Assembly: GCA_951406725.2 (NCBI GenBank)
Contig: OX597830.1
Span: forward strand, 50,902,001-50,966,000
From: Octopus vulgaris
Lineage: Eukaryota
Length of the DNA stretch: 64,000 nt
Reading direction: 5' to 3'
The translations under genes and the position numbers were made by a program. Each line of letters begins with the position of its first letter. Position 1 is the first letter of the stretch. Shown in pieces: positions 53,258 to 64,000 of this stretch. The notes beneath the pieces were generated by a model. It was given only the letters and a program-made list of their open reading frames with translations, made no database searches and was not told where the DNA came from.

Positions 53258-53363
53258 TATGTGTTGTTTCGAGCTTGATATTCCCCAATGTCTAAATTCT
53301 AATGAGCTATTCTCGAAGTGATACCAGTACTAATCCCATATGCACACGCGCACACACAGACAT

Positions 53364-53395
<32 letters not shown>

Positions 53396-53574
53396 GTGTA
53401 TATATATATGTACATATATGTATTATATACATATCTATACATATATATGTATATATATATGTATGTGTATCTATATGTAGGTATATACGTATATATATAT
53501 ATGTGTGTATGTATATATGTACGTATACATATGTATATATACATATGTATGTATATACAAACATATATATATAT

Positions 53575-53608
<34 letters not shown>

Positions 53609-55439
53609 TTATATACATATATGTATACACGCACACACACTTAGATTCTTTGAAGTACTGAGAGAAAAGGTCCACTTGAAATGAAGGGGAATTACTGAAG
53701 TTAATCCCAAGCTAAATGTCATCAATATTTCACTGAAATCCTTATTAAGTGGAGCGGAATTGCAATGTCTTTCATCTCTCAATGTTCTATAAATTACCTT
53801 CCATTCACCAATCATCTCCTGTACGGGTCTCCAAGATGCAGTGTATCTCAGTTGTGGTTCTTGATGTTACTATCGTTGTTGTTACTTTTGAAATTGTTGT
53901 TTCTGTTGTTCTTTAGCTCCAAGTCGATCCTATCTCCCTAATCAATCGTATTTTCTGATCAAACCATCATATTTCAAAACGTCGTGATCCCCATAATTAC
54001 ACGATTCAATATGCCCTTTTTAAAAGGTTGCAGAGCGGTTTTCAAGGAGATTTAGCTGTTATTTATAATATGACGATCTTTCACGTTGGTTTGAGCCAAC
54101 TTCGCGTTGCAGATATTTGCGGTTGATTTAATTAACATTAATTAACTGTACGATAGACTTGATTCACTGAATAATTGTGATCCAGTGCCTAAACGAGAAC
54201 CACCTCATGAAGGTCTTGAAAGGTATGGGTTGCTTTCTCTTCTTTGAAAATTAAATTCATTATTCTCTGCATTGAAAGATTTCAGGGACCGGATTAATGA
54301 ATTAAGTGAGAGTTAATTTCGGTGATTAATTTTATTTAAAAATGTGCTGGGTCACGCTAGAAAGGGAAATTATAGCAGGATCTACCAGTTTTAGCGAAGA
54401 CATACCAGAAATTAGAGAAAGAGAGAATCAAATTATTAGAAATGATAAACAGAAAGGGCATTGATACTCTGCGCTTTTGATGTGCTGGTGTTGGGCGAGA
54501 ATAATTCTTGACGACTTCTTCGATACCATACTCGAAGAACGCACTGTTCGTGACAGAGCGGGTACACTTATACACGAGGGGGTCGATAGACGTTCGATGG
54601 TGGAAGGCGATCGATGTGTAAGTATGGCAACAACATGACCATTCTTATCGATATGTAGTATCCAATTCTAAGCAGATGTGTGTGTATTTCATCAATGGTA
54701 TTTCACCGAATCATTCGCAGCTCTCGGTCGAAGAAGCAAAGTGCTACAGAAAACCAATTTCCTCAGATAGAGTAGTGAATGCGTTGGGTGGCTGTGATGT
54801 GGACGAATCACCATGGTTGGACATTGTGGACTAGGAACATTACTGTTGCATTTCAAACCTTTTTTCACTGTCTTATCAGCAGTCGGTTTCAACTGATTGT
54901 GATTGCAAAATTGAAGCATCTGATGGGTGTTAAAGGTATGGAAATAGGACCCAAAAATGATGTTAATGTTAAGCAAATTTTAGTTTATAACCCTGCTGAA
55001 CACAGGCACGATTACTTTATAAAAGTAGTCGCCAAGACATTGCCGCGTATCGTCGGTAATTCAGTCGGAGGTAGGCGAAATTTTACGAATCCGGGTATGC
55101 TTATTCATGACAATCTATACCTCACGTGATACACACCTGTTTTTAGTAGGGCCCTGATCAATTTAGATCGTAATTACTACATTGATCGTCCTCTATACGA
55201 TGGATATACCTATTAATATAGCAGGCAAAGTCTACTAAATTTACAGCTTACTGTCATAAAAAGTGGATGGACACAGGAATATTTTAGTGTAAGGTATACT
55301 GGTTGGAAAGATTGACCCCGTTGTCTTGGCTGAAAAGATATTGATCAGGCTTGATATGGGACAAACCAATAACACCATCTTACATCACCAGAAATAAGTC
55401 CGAATGTGATCATGTGATCATTCGTCAGATAGAAATGGC

Positions 55440-55850
55440 TATTTCTTTACTACCCACAAGGAGCTAAACACAGAGGGGACAAACAAGGACAGACAAACGG
55501 ATTAAGTCGATTACATCGACCCCAGTACGTAACTGGTACTTATTTAATCGACTCCGAAAGGATGAAAGGCAAAGTCGACCTCGGCGGAACTTGAACCCAG
55601 AACGCAGCGAGAGACGAAATACCTATTTCTTTACTACCCACAAGCGGCTAAACACAGAGAGGACAAACAAGGACAGACAAACGCATTAAGTCGATTATAT
55701 CGACCCCAATGCATAACTGGTACTTAATTTATCGACCCCGAAAGGATGAAAGGCAAAGTCGACCTCGGCGGGATTTGAACTCAGAAGATAACGGCAGACG
55801 AAATTCCGCGAAGCATTTCGCCCGGCGTGCTAATGATTCTGCCAGCTCAC
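55440..55850 (-). mobile_element. SINE family 2 tandem dimer (full copy plus 5'-truncated repeat)
   Basis: A unit of ~185 bp is repeated, with a degenerate TSD cgtcagatagaaatggc / cgtcagctagaaatagc. Confidence 0.9.
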
Positions 55851-57002
55851 CGTCAGCTAGAAATAGCGGTCGAAATTGCAAGCTGTCGTAAAAGAGATAA
55901 ACATTGGTTAAATGGCCCTGGAAAAAAATGGGTTTATCTTAGCTGGAGTTCTTGCGATCATATACATTTTCGATCACAGTTAACCTGGAGCTAAACGACT
56001 CTACCCCACAAGACAATAAGGGAGCCTCTTCGATATTGTTGTACGTACTGGAAATAGCAGCCAGATTATCTAAGTGCTCAACCTGCAGTCCTAAGTAAGG
56101 AAATAATACATTTGGATAATGTCGTCCGAGGCATCTTAAAATGTGTAGTATCGGCTGGAATACCTTAGATTAGAGCTTAGGCCTGCTCGAGTCTTGGTAA
56201 CCCAGGGATAAACAGCGATAACAGATAAATACAAGAATATTTTTGAATAAAATACGTGATTTATTTTGAGAGCGAAATAACAATTCATTATGTTGGCCTC
56301 GTCCTACAATAGGGTTAGGAAATTTACAATTAAAACGAAATTCGATTGAAATTTAAAATGAGATTATTTTAATTTTCCTCTAGAAGTTGGTAATATTCCA
56401 GAAATGGTGCATTTCTGTTTTATCAATTAATATTTTATTGATCTTCGTTTACTTTTGGTCTATCGATTCCATTTATAATTCATGCTGCAATTTTTACAGT
56501 CTGCATGCGGGTCAGCTTGTGATCGTTAAGTTTTAAACACACGTGCCAGTAAGTGTACGCAGTTTAGTTGTGGCGGTGATGTTGGTGAGACTGGTGGTAG
56601 TGTTGGTGTTGTTGGTGTTGGTGGTGTTGCTGTTGGCGGCGGAGTTGAAGTTGCCGGTAGTGGTGGTGGTGGTGGTGGGGGTGGGGGTGCTGGTGGAGGG
56701 GTGTTGATATTATGTTGATGATGTGGGTGATAGTGTGTTGGTGTTGGTATTGGTGGGATGGTTGGAGTCGGTGTCGATTTTAGTTCCGATGATGGCTAGC
56801 CTATTTCTTGCTCGATGCTTCAATGCCAACTCTTCGTAGACAATTACAACTCCGACATAAACATAATTGTCATTATACATACACATGTGAGTGCGCACAC
56901 ACACACAAAAAGACATCCAGGCACACACATATATATATATGCATATAAATATATAGATGTATATAGATATATAGATGTATATACATATATATATATATGC
57001 TG

Positions 57003-57588
57003 CTGAGACCCCCTTTGGTCATGAATGATGATGGGATTGCACCTAGAAAGTTACCCTCCCAAGCACAAGTCCGGGCAAGGCTGTTTATGGAAGACCAGCA
57101 GTCGCTCATGCATACCTTTTTCTTTATTGTCCACAAGGGGCTAAACACAAAGGGGACAAACAAGGACAGACATAGGTATTCAGTCTATTACATCGACCCC
57201 AGTGCGTAACTGGTACTTAATTTATCGACCCCGAAAGGATGAAAGGTAAAGTCACCTTCGGCGGAATTTGAACTCACAACGTAACGCAGACGAAATACGG
57301 CTAAGCATTTCGCCCGGCGTGCTAACGTGTCTGCCAGCTCGCCGCTTTAAGCTCACCTATGCATACCGGCCTCCCCTCTCCACGCCACCAGTGTTATCCA
57401 AGGGAAAGGTGACGATACAGCTTGGCACTTGTGACGTCGCAACTCATTTCTACAGCTGAGTGAACTGGAGCAATGTGAAATAAAGTTTCTTGCTCAAGAA
57501 CACAACACGCAGCCCGGTCCCAGATTCGAACCTCACAATCTCACGACCGTAAGCTCGACGCTCTAACCACTAAGCCATGCGCCTTCAC
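57003..57588 (-). mobile_element. SINE family 4 interrupted by nested SINE family 2 (57117-~57350)
   Basis: The host matches 40925-41247; atgcatacc is duplicated at 57108 and 57359. Confidence 0.85.
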
Positions 57589-57627
<39 letters not shown>

Positions 57628-58242
57628 ATGTATATATGTATATATATATATATATATGTACATATGTATATATATATATATATACATATATATGTATGTA
57701 TGTATATACACACATAGCGACACACAGACACACACACACACACACACGCACACAGACACACACACACGCACACAGACACACACACACGCGCACACACATA
57801 TATAATTGCAGTGGCAGTTTGACTGATATCTCAAGTTTAAGGTAACATTGGCTGTCAATGGGTGATGAGCAACTATTTTTCTCATTGGCTGCTTCAGTCA
57901 CATGGTGGGATTTGAGGCTATCGATTTAGTGCCGGCTGCTAGCGGATAGAGGCTACTACGAGCTGTAGGGTGGCTACCTCAATTCTCCAAAGGTTAATCA
58001 GCTTTCATTTACGATTATAAAAAGAAAATAGATATGAGGTCCTAAATAGTAACGTAAGGACGTCGCATGAATTGATCGACGTGGTTTTTCGGAATTTGGT
58101 ATCCTTGCACTTTTCTTCGGATCGATATTTATTTCGTGTGTGTGTGTACGTTACGTCTTAGTTTGTGATATTTTTTAGATATGAGTGTATTGGTGCATTT
58201 TTTTTTTTTTTGCATTTCTTCTTTTATTCTATACTCTCTCAC

Positions 58243-58456
58243 TTTTACTCTTTTACTCTTTTACTTGTTTCAGTCATTTGACTGCGGCCATGCTGGAGCA
58301 CCGCCTTTAGTCGAGCAAATCGACCCCGGGACTTATTCTTTGTAAGCCCAGTACTTATTCTATCGGTCTCTTTTGCCGAACCGCTAAGTGACGGGGACGT
58401 AAACACACCAGCATCGGTTGTCAAACAATGCTAGGGGGACAAACACAGACACGCAA

Positions 58457-58516
<60 letters not shown>

Positions 58517-58678
58517 GACAGGCTTCTTTCAGTTTATGTCTACCAAATCCACTCACAAAGCATTGGTCGGCCCGGGGCTATAGCAGAAGACACTTGCCCA
58601 AGATGGCACGCAGTGGGACTGAACCCGGAACCATGAGGTTGGTTAGCAAGCTACTTACCACACAGCCACTCCTGCGCC
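58243..58678 (-). mobile_element. Full-length SINE family 1 with internal microsatellite
   Basis: Head at 58515-58678, (TA)n/(CA)n at 58455-58514, tail at 58243-58455. Confidence 0.9.
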
Positions 58679-59686
58679 TATGTGCAAGAATATATACTTT
58701 AAATGGTTATCAGAATTTAATATACAGAAAATGGTAGGAGAACTGCTGAAAACTAAACCTTTTAATCATGTTGATCATATTTGCTTCAAAATCACATGGC
58801 GGTGTTTCGTCCGTCTTTACGCTGCGTGGTGCGTTTCAACGTTGCTATGTGCGCACGTGCATTTTATATCTCTGTAAAATTTATATTTTATTCTTTTATA
58901 TAACCTGTTATCACCGCAACCATAAGCACACCACGTGCACTCATATCTTAGATTTTATATTATCATACACTTATGGTGCATTCATATAAATTCTCACCAC
59001 ATTCTATTTCAGCAGAAACACACAGAAAAGCTCTCACACCAATACACACTCACACACACAAAATACGTCCGCATATACACCTACTGCGCGAAATAAAAGC
59101 ACTGCTTCCACGTACTCACAACACACATACACACGCACGCGCACGCAAACACACATAGACATGAACATATTCTTACATAGGCGTATAGACACATATGTGT
59201 ACGTCTCTCAATCAAATAACAAATGTATCAGTTTGGGAGTGGTAAAAACAAATCAAAATAACAGTCAAATCTGTTAACTGTCTTCTTTAGGTGATAAGCG
59301 ACCACGTGACACCCACGCTTCTTACTTTACACGCTGCAATAATTCGTCGAGAATATCTTGGTGAATAACATAAACTAAACAATGTATTTATCTCTAACAG
59401 ATTTGACAAGTGAATTCTTCAGTTTCTAATCTGAAGAAGGAAACAATTAGAAAGGCACTGATTTAACTGTTGCATATCATTGTAAAACGTGAATTACTTA
59501 ACTTGACCGAGAGATTGTGAATCCATTTCTCGGTCTTAAGAGATAAAACGCCAATATGATATACCTTACTCATTTACACTTTTGCTGCATGCGGACAATG
59601 TGCAACGACCATGCCGGAAGACGGCAGTTACACACACACATGCATGCATGCATGTATGCATGTATGTATGTATGTATGTATGTATG

Positions 59687-59720
<34 letters not shown>

Positions 59721-59730
59721 TAGACATATA

Positions 59731-59773
<43 letters not shown>

Positions 59774-59800
59774 CTAAATGCGTACATTCATGAACATATC

Positions 59801-59940
59801 GAAGTGGCTGTGTGATAAGAAACCTGCTTCCCAACCACGTTGTTCCGGGTTCAGTCCCACTAAGTGACATCTTGGGCAAGTGTCCTCTACTCTAGACTCG
59901 GATTCACTAAAGCCTTGTGAGTGGTTTTCGTAGAAGGATG
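59801..59940 (+). mobile_element. SINE family 1 head
   Basis: gtggctgtgtg..ccgggttcagtcccact..ttgggcaagtgtc. Confidence 0.8.
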
Positions 59941-60000
59941 AGTTTGGAAGAGGTTCTTGGAAGTGGATGCGTGGAGTTCAATGATATAATAATATATATG

Positions 60001-60276
60001 CATATGTAGGCACAGGACGTCACGAAACGTGTACAACAAAAAATACGAAGTACGAGTATATGGAATATGAACTATTTTTTCGAACAACGAAAGACACAAA
60101 CCGGAAAACAAGACAAACAACGCAAAAAACGAGATACGCTTTCGATAAAACAGTTGATCCTGCGTTTGTTTTCCATTTGGGTCTTTCGTTGTTCGAAAAA
60201 AATAGTTCATATTCCGTGTACTCGTACATCATATTTTTCGTTGTACACGTTTCGTGATGTCCTGTGCCAACATATG
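60001..60276. mobile_element. Inverted-repeat element (~110-bp arms) in (TA)n
   Basis: catatgtaggcacaggacgtcacgaaacgtgtacaac.. is mirrored at 60166-60276. Confidence 0.8.
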
Positions 60277-60341
60277 GATATATATATACGTATAAATGTA
60301 AGTATGTATATATGCGTATATTTATATATTATTTATATCAT

Positions 60342-60376
<35 letters not shown>

Positions 60377-61832
60377 TATATATGTATATATATGTGTGTG
60401 TGTGTGTGTATAGGGGGAGTGGGAATGTGCCTATGTATGAAGATGAGGTCGCGTGTGTGTACGTCTGTGTGTGCGCGCGTATTCATGTGTACATATATGC
60501 ATACATATATATATATATATGTATGATGGTAATGTTTTGGAATGGATGAGGGACATGAGTGGCTACTATTTCTCTTAAGTCGAGCGATCGCTTAAAGCCT
60601 TCTTCCCGCCATTGACTGACATTAGTTCGCGTAGTCCAGTGATAGAGCAGACCGCAATAAATCAACTGTAATCTAATAACATTTCATTAAAAACAATTTT
60701 ATTAAATAGAGGAGAAACAGTAATTACAATTATTTTGTAGAATTAATTACAAATATTAAACTAATACCATTGTAATCTGACCTTTAAATGATTTAATTAT
60801 ATGTAAATATATTGAATAAAACACTATGTATTCAAGAAAAATATCTTTATTTATGCAAAATCAAGAACTTCTAATAGGAGGCAATTCTTAATTTCTGGAA
60901 CCATTAAGTCTCTAACTCTAGTAAAGAATTAAGTAATAATTTTGAGGTTAATTAATATTTTCATTCTTAGAAATTTACGATTTAGGTATCGTTGACAGTG
61001 TATAAAATCTGATTCTGCTTAACAATAGAATCTTTTCTTTGAAGTAAGAGAATAGGTGATACAGCTCTGAAGAAGGGTAATAAACCAGAAACATTTGACG
61101 CATTGTCTACCGGTACTTCCAAGATTAGACTTAATCCTAACTGCATTAGTCTCATTCTAGTTTAAAGTAACTTTAATTAAATAAAATCGTAGTTTGTTTC
61201 TTATGTCTCTCTGGATTTGAAATGACGATTCAAGTAAATATTATATTCGACGAAAGAACATTTTATTTAATCAAATTTCATTGACGCCATTAACAAACTT
61301 TGCATCCACAAATATATATTGTGTTCTTTTTATGCAGAGCGCGTCCCAAGGTATTTATCTCCACCACCCCAGCCTTCCTTTGTTTGGATGCCGCTTCCTG
61401 CTTTACCATACTTTACCGTTACTTCGCATTTAACTCCAATATCCATTTGCATTTCGCCAGTTGCCAAAAGCTAAAACTAATTCCAAAATTCTATAAGTAT
61501 CTGATCAGTTGAATAAATTTCAGCTTTACAATCGGCCGGCTTTGATTAGCGAACCTTTTAACATGTAAAATTGGTTAGAACAATGTTCTATAGACTATAT
61601 TCTGGGAATTGAATTCATTCCTGACGAATAACTAATGGAAAAGTTTATCTTGATTGCATCTGAAATGGTTTATCATGTGCCAGTGAGTTGTAAAGTATCT
61701 ACACCAGGAAGCCTACCCCCCACCACACACACTCACACTCATGCACAATTATATTATTATAAATACAATATATATACACATGCATATATATATATATATA
61801 TATATATATAAACATGATATATATGCACATTC

Positions 61833-61875
<43 letters not shown>

Positions 61876-62976
61876 TATTATACACACTCCCACACACATA
61901 AATACTCACACATACACACACGCGTACACGCGTGCATACGCATATATATATATATATATATATATATACGTACGTGCGCGCTTATATATGTATATTTATA
62001 TGGATAGATGGTTACATACATACATACACACAGACTCTCTCTGTCTCTCTGTCTTTCTGTCTCTCTGTCTCTCTCTCACTCTCTCTCGCTCTCTCTCTCT
62101 CACTCTCTCTCTCTCTCTCTCTCTCTCCCTCTTTCTCTCTCTCTCTCCCTCCTCAGAATGCGTACCAGCAGATCAATTTTTTAAGGAAAAAAGTTTTACC
62201 CGAGTGTGAAAACGTGTTTCGCGTGGAAGGTGTGGATGTTTAATATTTTAATACGTAAGTTACACCACTTTGATCGTCAGCAATTCAGGTTTTAATCGTT
62301 ATATACCAGAAAGCGTATTAGGAAATGTAGATTCGCGCCCACCAGATCAGGTCTGCAATGTCAAATCAATAGTATCCATGCTGAAGTCACATCAAACAGG
62401 CAATATAAAACGATCAAAAAGAAAGCTTTTATATTGTTATGTATAAGAGAGATTTGAGAAAAAAGATTTTGTAATGATGTTTCATCATTAACACAGAGGC
62501 AAATGTAACGCGACTTTTTAAAGCTACATCTTGACATTCAGGGACAGCAGCTTCATTAACAACATGCAAAGGTAGGTTCTCGAAACATGAAATCCAGCGT
62601 TAGAGGATCAACGAGATACAGCTTCATTACATCAGAAAAGAGATACATGCAAAAAGACAGGCTGCTAAAGCCGAACTACTACAACTATTGACATTGCAGA
62701 ATTAATATATTCACCAGATGTATCCAAAACGTCGAGTTTCATAAATCGAATTGGAAGTTACCTCTTACGCCAGGATGACTACACTTCAATTCACCAGGAT
62801 ATTATAGAATGCCATTGCAATTCTTAATCTGATCAATGTGCATGCATAGCATATACGTATACTTTGTGACAAACTTAAGAAATACCTAGAATTTGAGGCA
62901 TTTCAACGAAGCATCGACATTAGATATCCATACCATAAACTATTTCCTCAACTACACAAGAACCAATATTACATAT

Positions 62977-63197
62977 GTTAGTTAGTTAGTTAATTTTTTG
63001 GCTCAAAAAGCAAAAATCAAGGCCATGTAGGGGGACAGGGAGTTATGTACAGGGTGGTGTTCATGTAAAGAGTTCAGGCCACTTGAGGTCAAGGGAGACT
63101 TTGAACCGAGCGGTCGTCGGCATCTTCACCATCTCGTCTGGCAGCTTATACCACGGATCCGCAACCCGGACGGAGAAAGCCCCTCTCCTTCGATTGA
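62977..63197 (-). pseudogene. CR1-type LINE 3' end with (TAAC)n tail
   Basis: NRRRGAFSVRVADPWYKLPDEMVKMPTTARFKVSLDLKWPELFT* followed by a short UTR and tetranucleotide tail. Confidence 0.85.
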
Positions 63198-63390
63198 TAT
63201 AAACACAAGTAAATTCTGTTCCACGTAATAATGAATACATATTAGTGAATGTTTTTCTCTTTCAGAATTTCAGCTGAATTAATTGTCGACGATTCAAGCG
63301 GCGCAAGTTTTACTTTAAAATCCTGAGATTTTCTCTCCCATTTATTAGCAAAGCAAACATGCCCACATAAATAACGCAGATCTTTACACA

Positions 63391-63575
63391 TTAATTGGTT
63401 GAAATTGCCGAAATACGAGAAATTTAACAAATAGCTTACAAACTACATAATTTTCTCAAGAACGCCAAGAGAAAAAGATATTTTATGTGATACATTCTAC
63501 CAGTATACGAAGTTTTAAAGTGTTTAGTTACAAAACATTATTTATTAAAATCTGCCGGTCAAAGTGAAAAGATCC
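63391..63575 (+). repeat. Second copy of unclassified repeat at 17615-17757
   Basis: Shared sequence and terminus. Confidence 0.8.
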
Positions 63576-64000
63576 AATAACGCTTTTCTCGAAATAACTC
63601 GTACTACCAACAGCCACATCCGAGACACAATTGAGGAAAGTTAAGTAATATATCTTTTATCGGACAGTTAAAGAGATAGAGTGGCCATGAATAGATCGTA
63701 TTTCGATCGAAGCTTTGCTCAATAGAAGGCGCCCTGGGACTAAATGACAATAAAAACAAAAACAATCTATCATTCTACAATATTACCAAACAAAAAAGTG
63801 AATAAAAACTATACCGAAATAAATCACTAACACACTACGTCTCTGATATCGATCTATAACAAATCAATAATTTAATCAAATCTATTAATATTTATTGTAG
63901 TTCCTTTTACTTGATTTTAAAAACACATTTGCAGAGATTTTATCGATGAGAAATATTTTTCTTACAATACACTCCTAGATTCTTCATCACAAATCGCGGA

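Noticed and set aside
54357-55129. Cluster of moderate-complexity ORFs
   Set aside because: No recognisable motifs; could be decayed transposon or unique non-coding DNA.
61063-61100. CTGAAGA..GAAAC hammerhead-like string
   Set aside because: Stem II is imperfect and there is no stem I or proper cleavage triplet.
61338-61350. Possible 13-nt microexon (tatgcAG..AAG|GTATTT)
   Set aside because: Weak donor and not frame-preserving.

Overview
This is AT-rich, microsatellite-dense eukaryotic non-coding DNA. The repeat inventory suggests a cephalopod, probably Octopus (inference from recognising the SINE families, not a database result). I find no intact protein-coding gene, and nearly all listed ORFs are artefacts of (TA)n/(CA)n/(TATC)n tracts. 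Recognisable content: many tRNA-derived SINEs, two non-autonomous Helitrons, one Helentron-type element, hAT-type MITEs, a ~1 kb foldback, and a tRNA-Phe pseudogene. There are also decayed mariner, L1/Tx1-type endonuclease, CR1-type and HERO-like retroelement relics. The most striking signal is a set of at least six sequence-unrelated short elements, mostly embedded in (TA)n, each carrying a minimal type I hammerhead ribozyme motif like those of Penelope-like elements. They are often arranged as palindromes or long inverted repeats, and several have a compensatory U3-A8 core. Other leads are a 15-nt microexon candidate and a SINE that repeatedly inserts at sites matching its own 3' tail. Coordinates were read by eye and may be off by a few bases.
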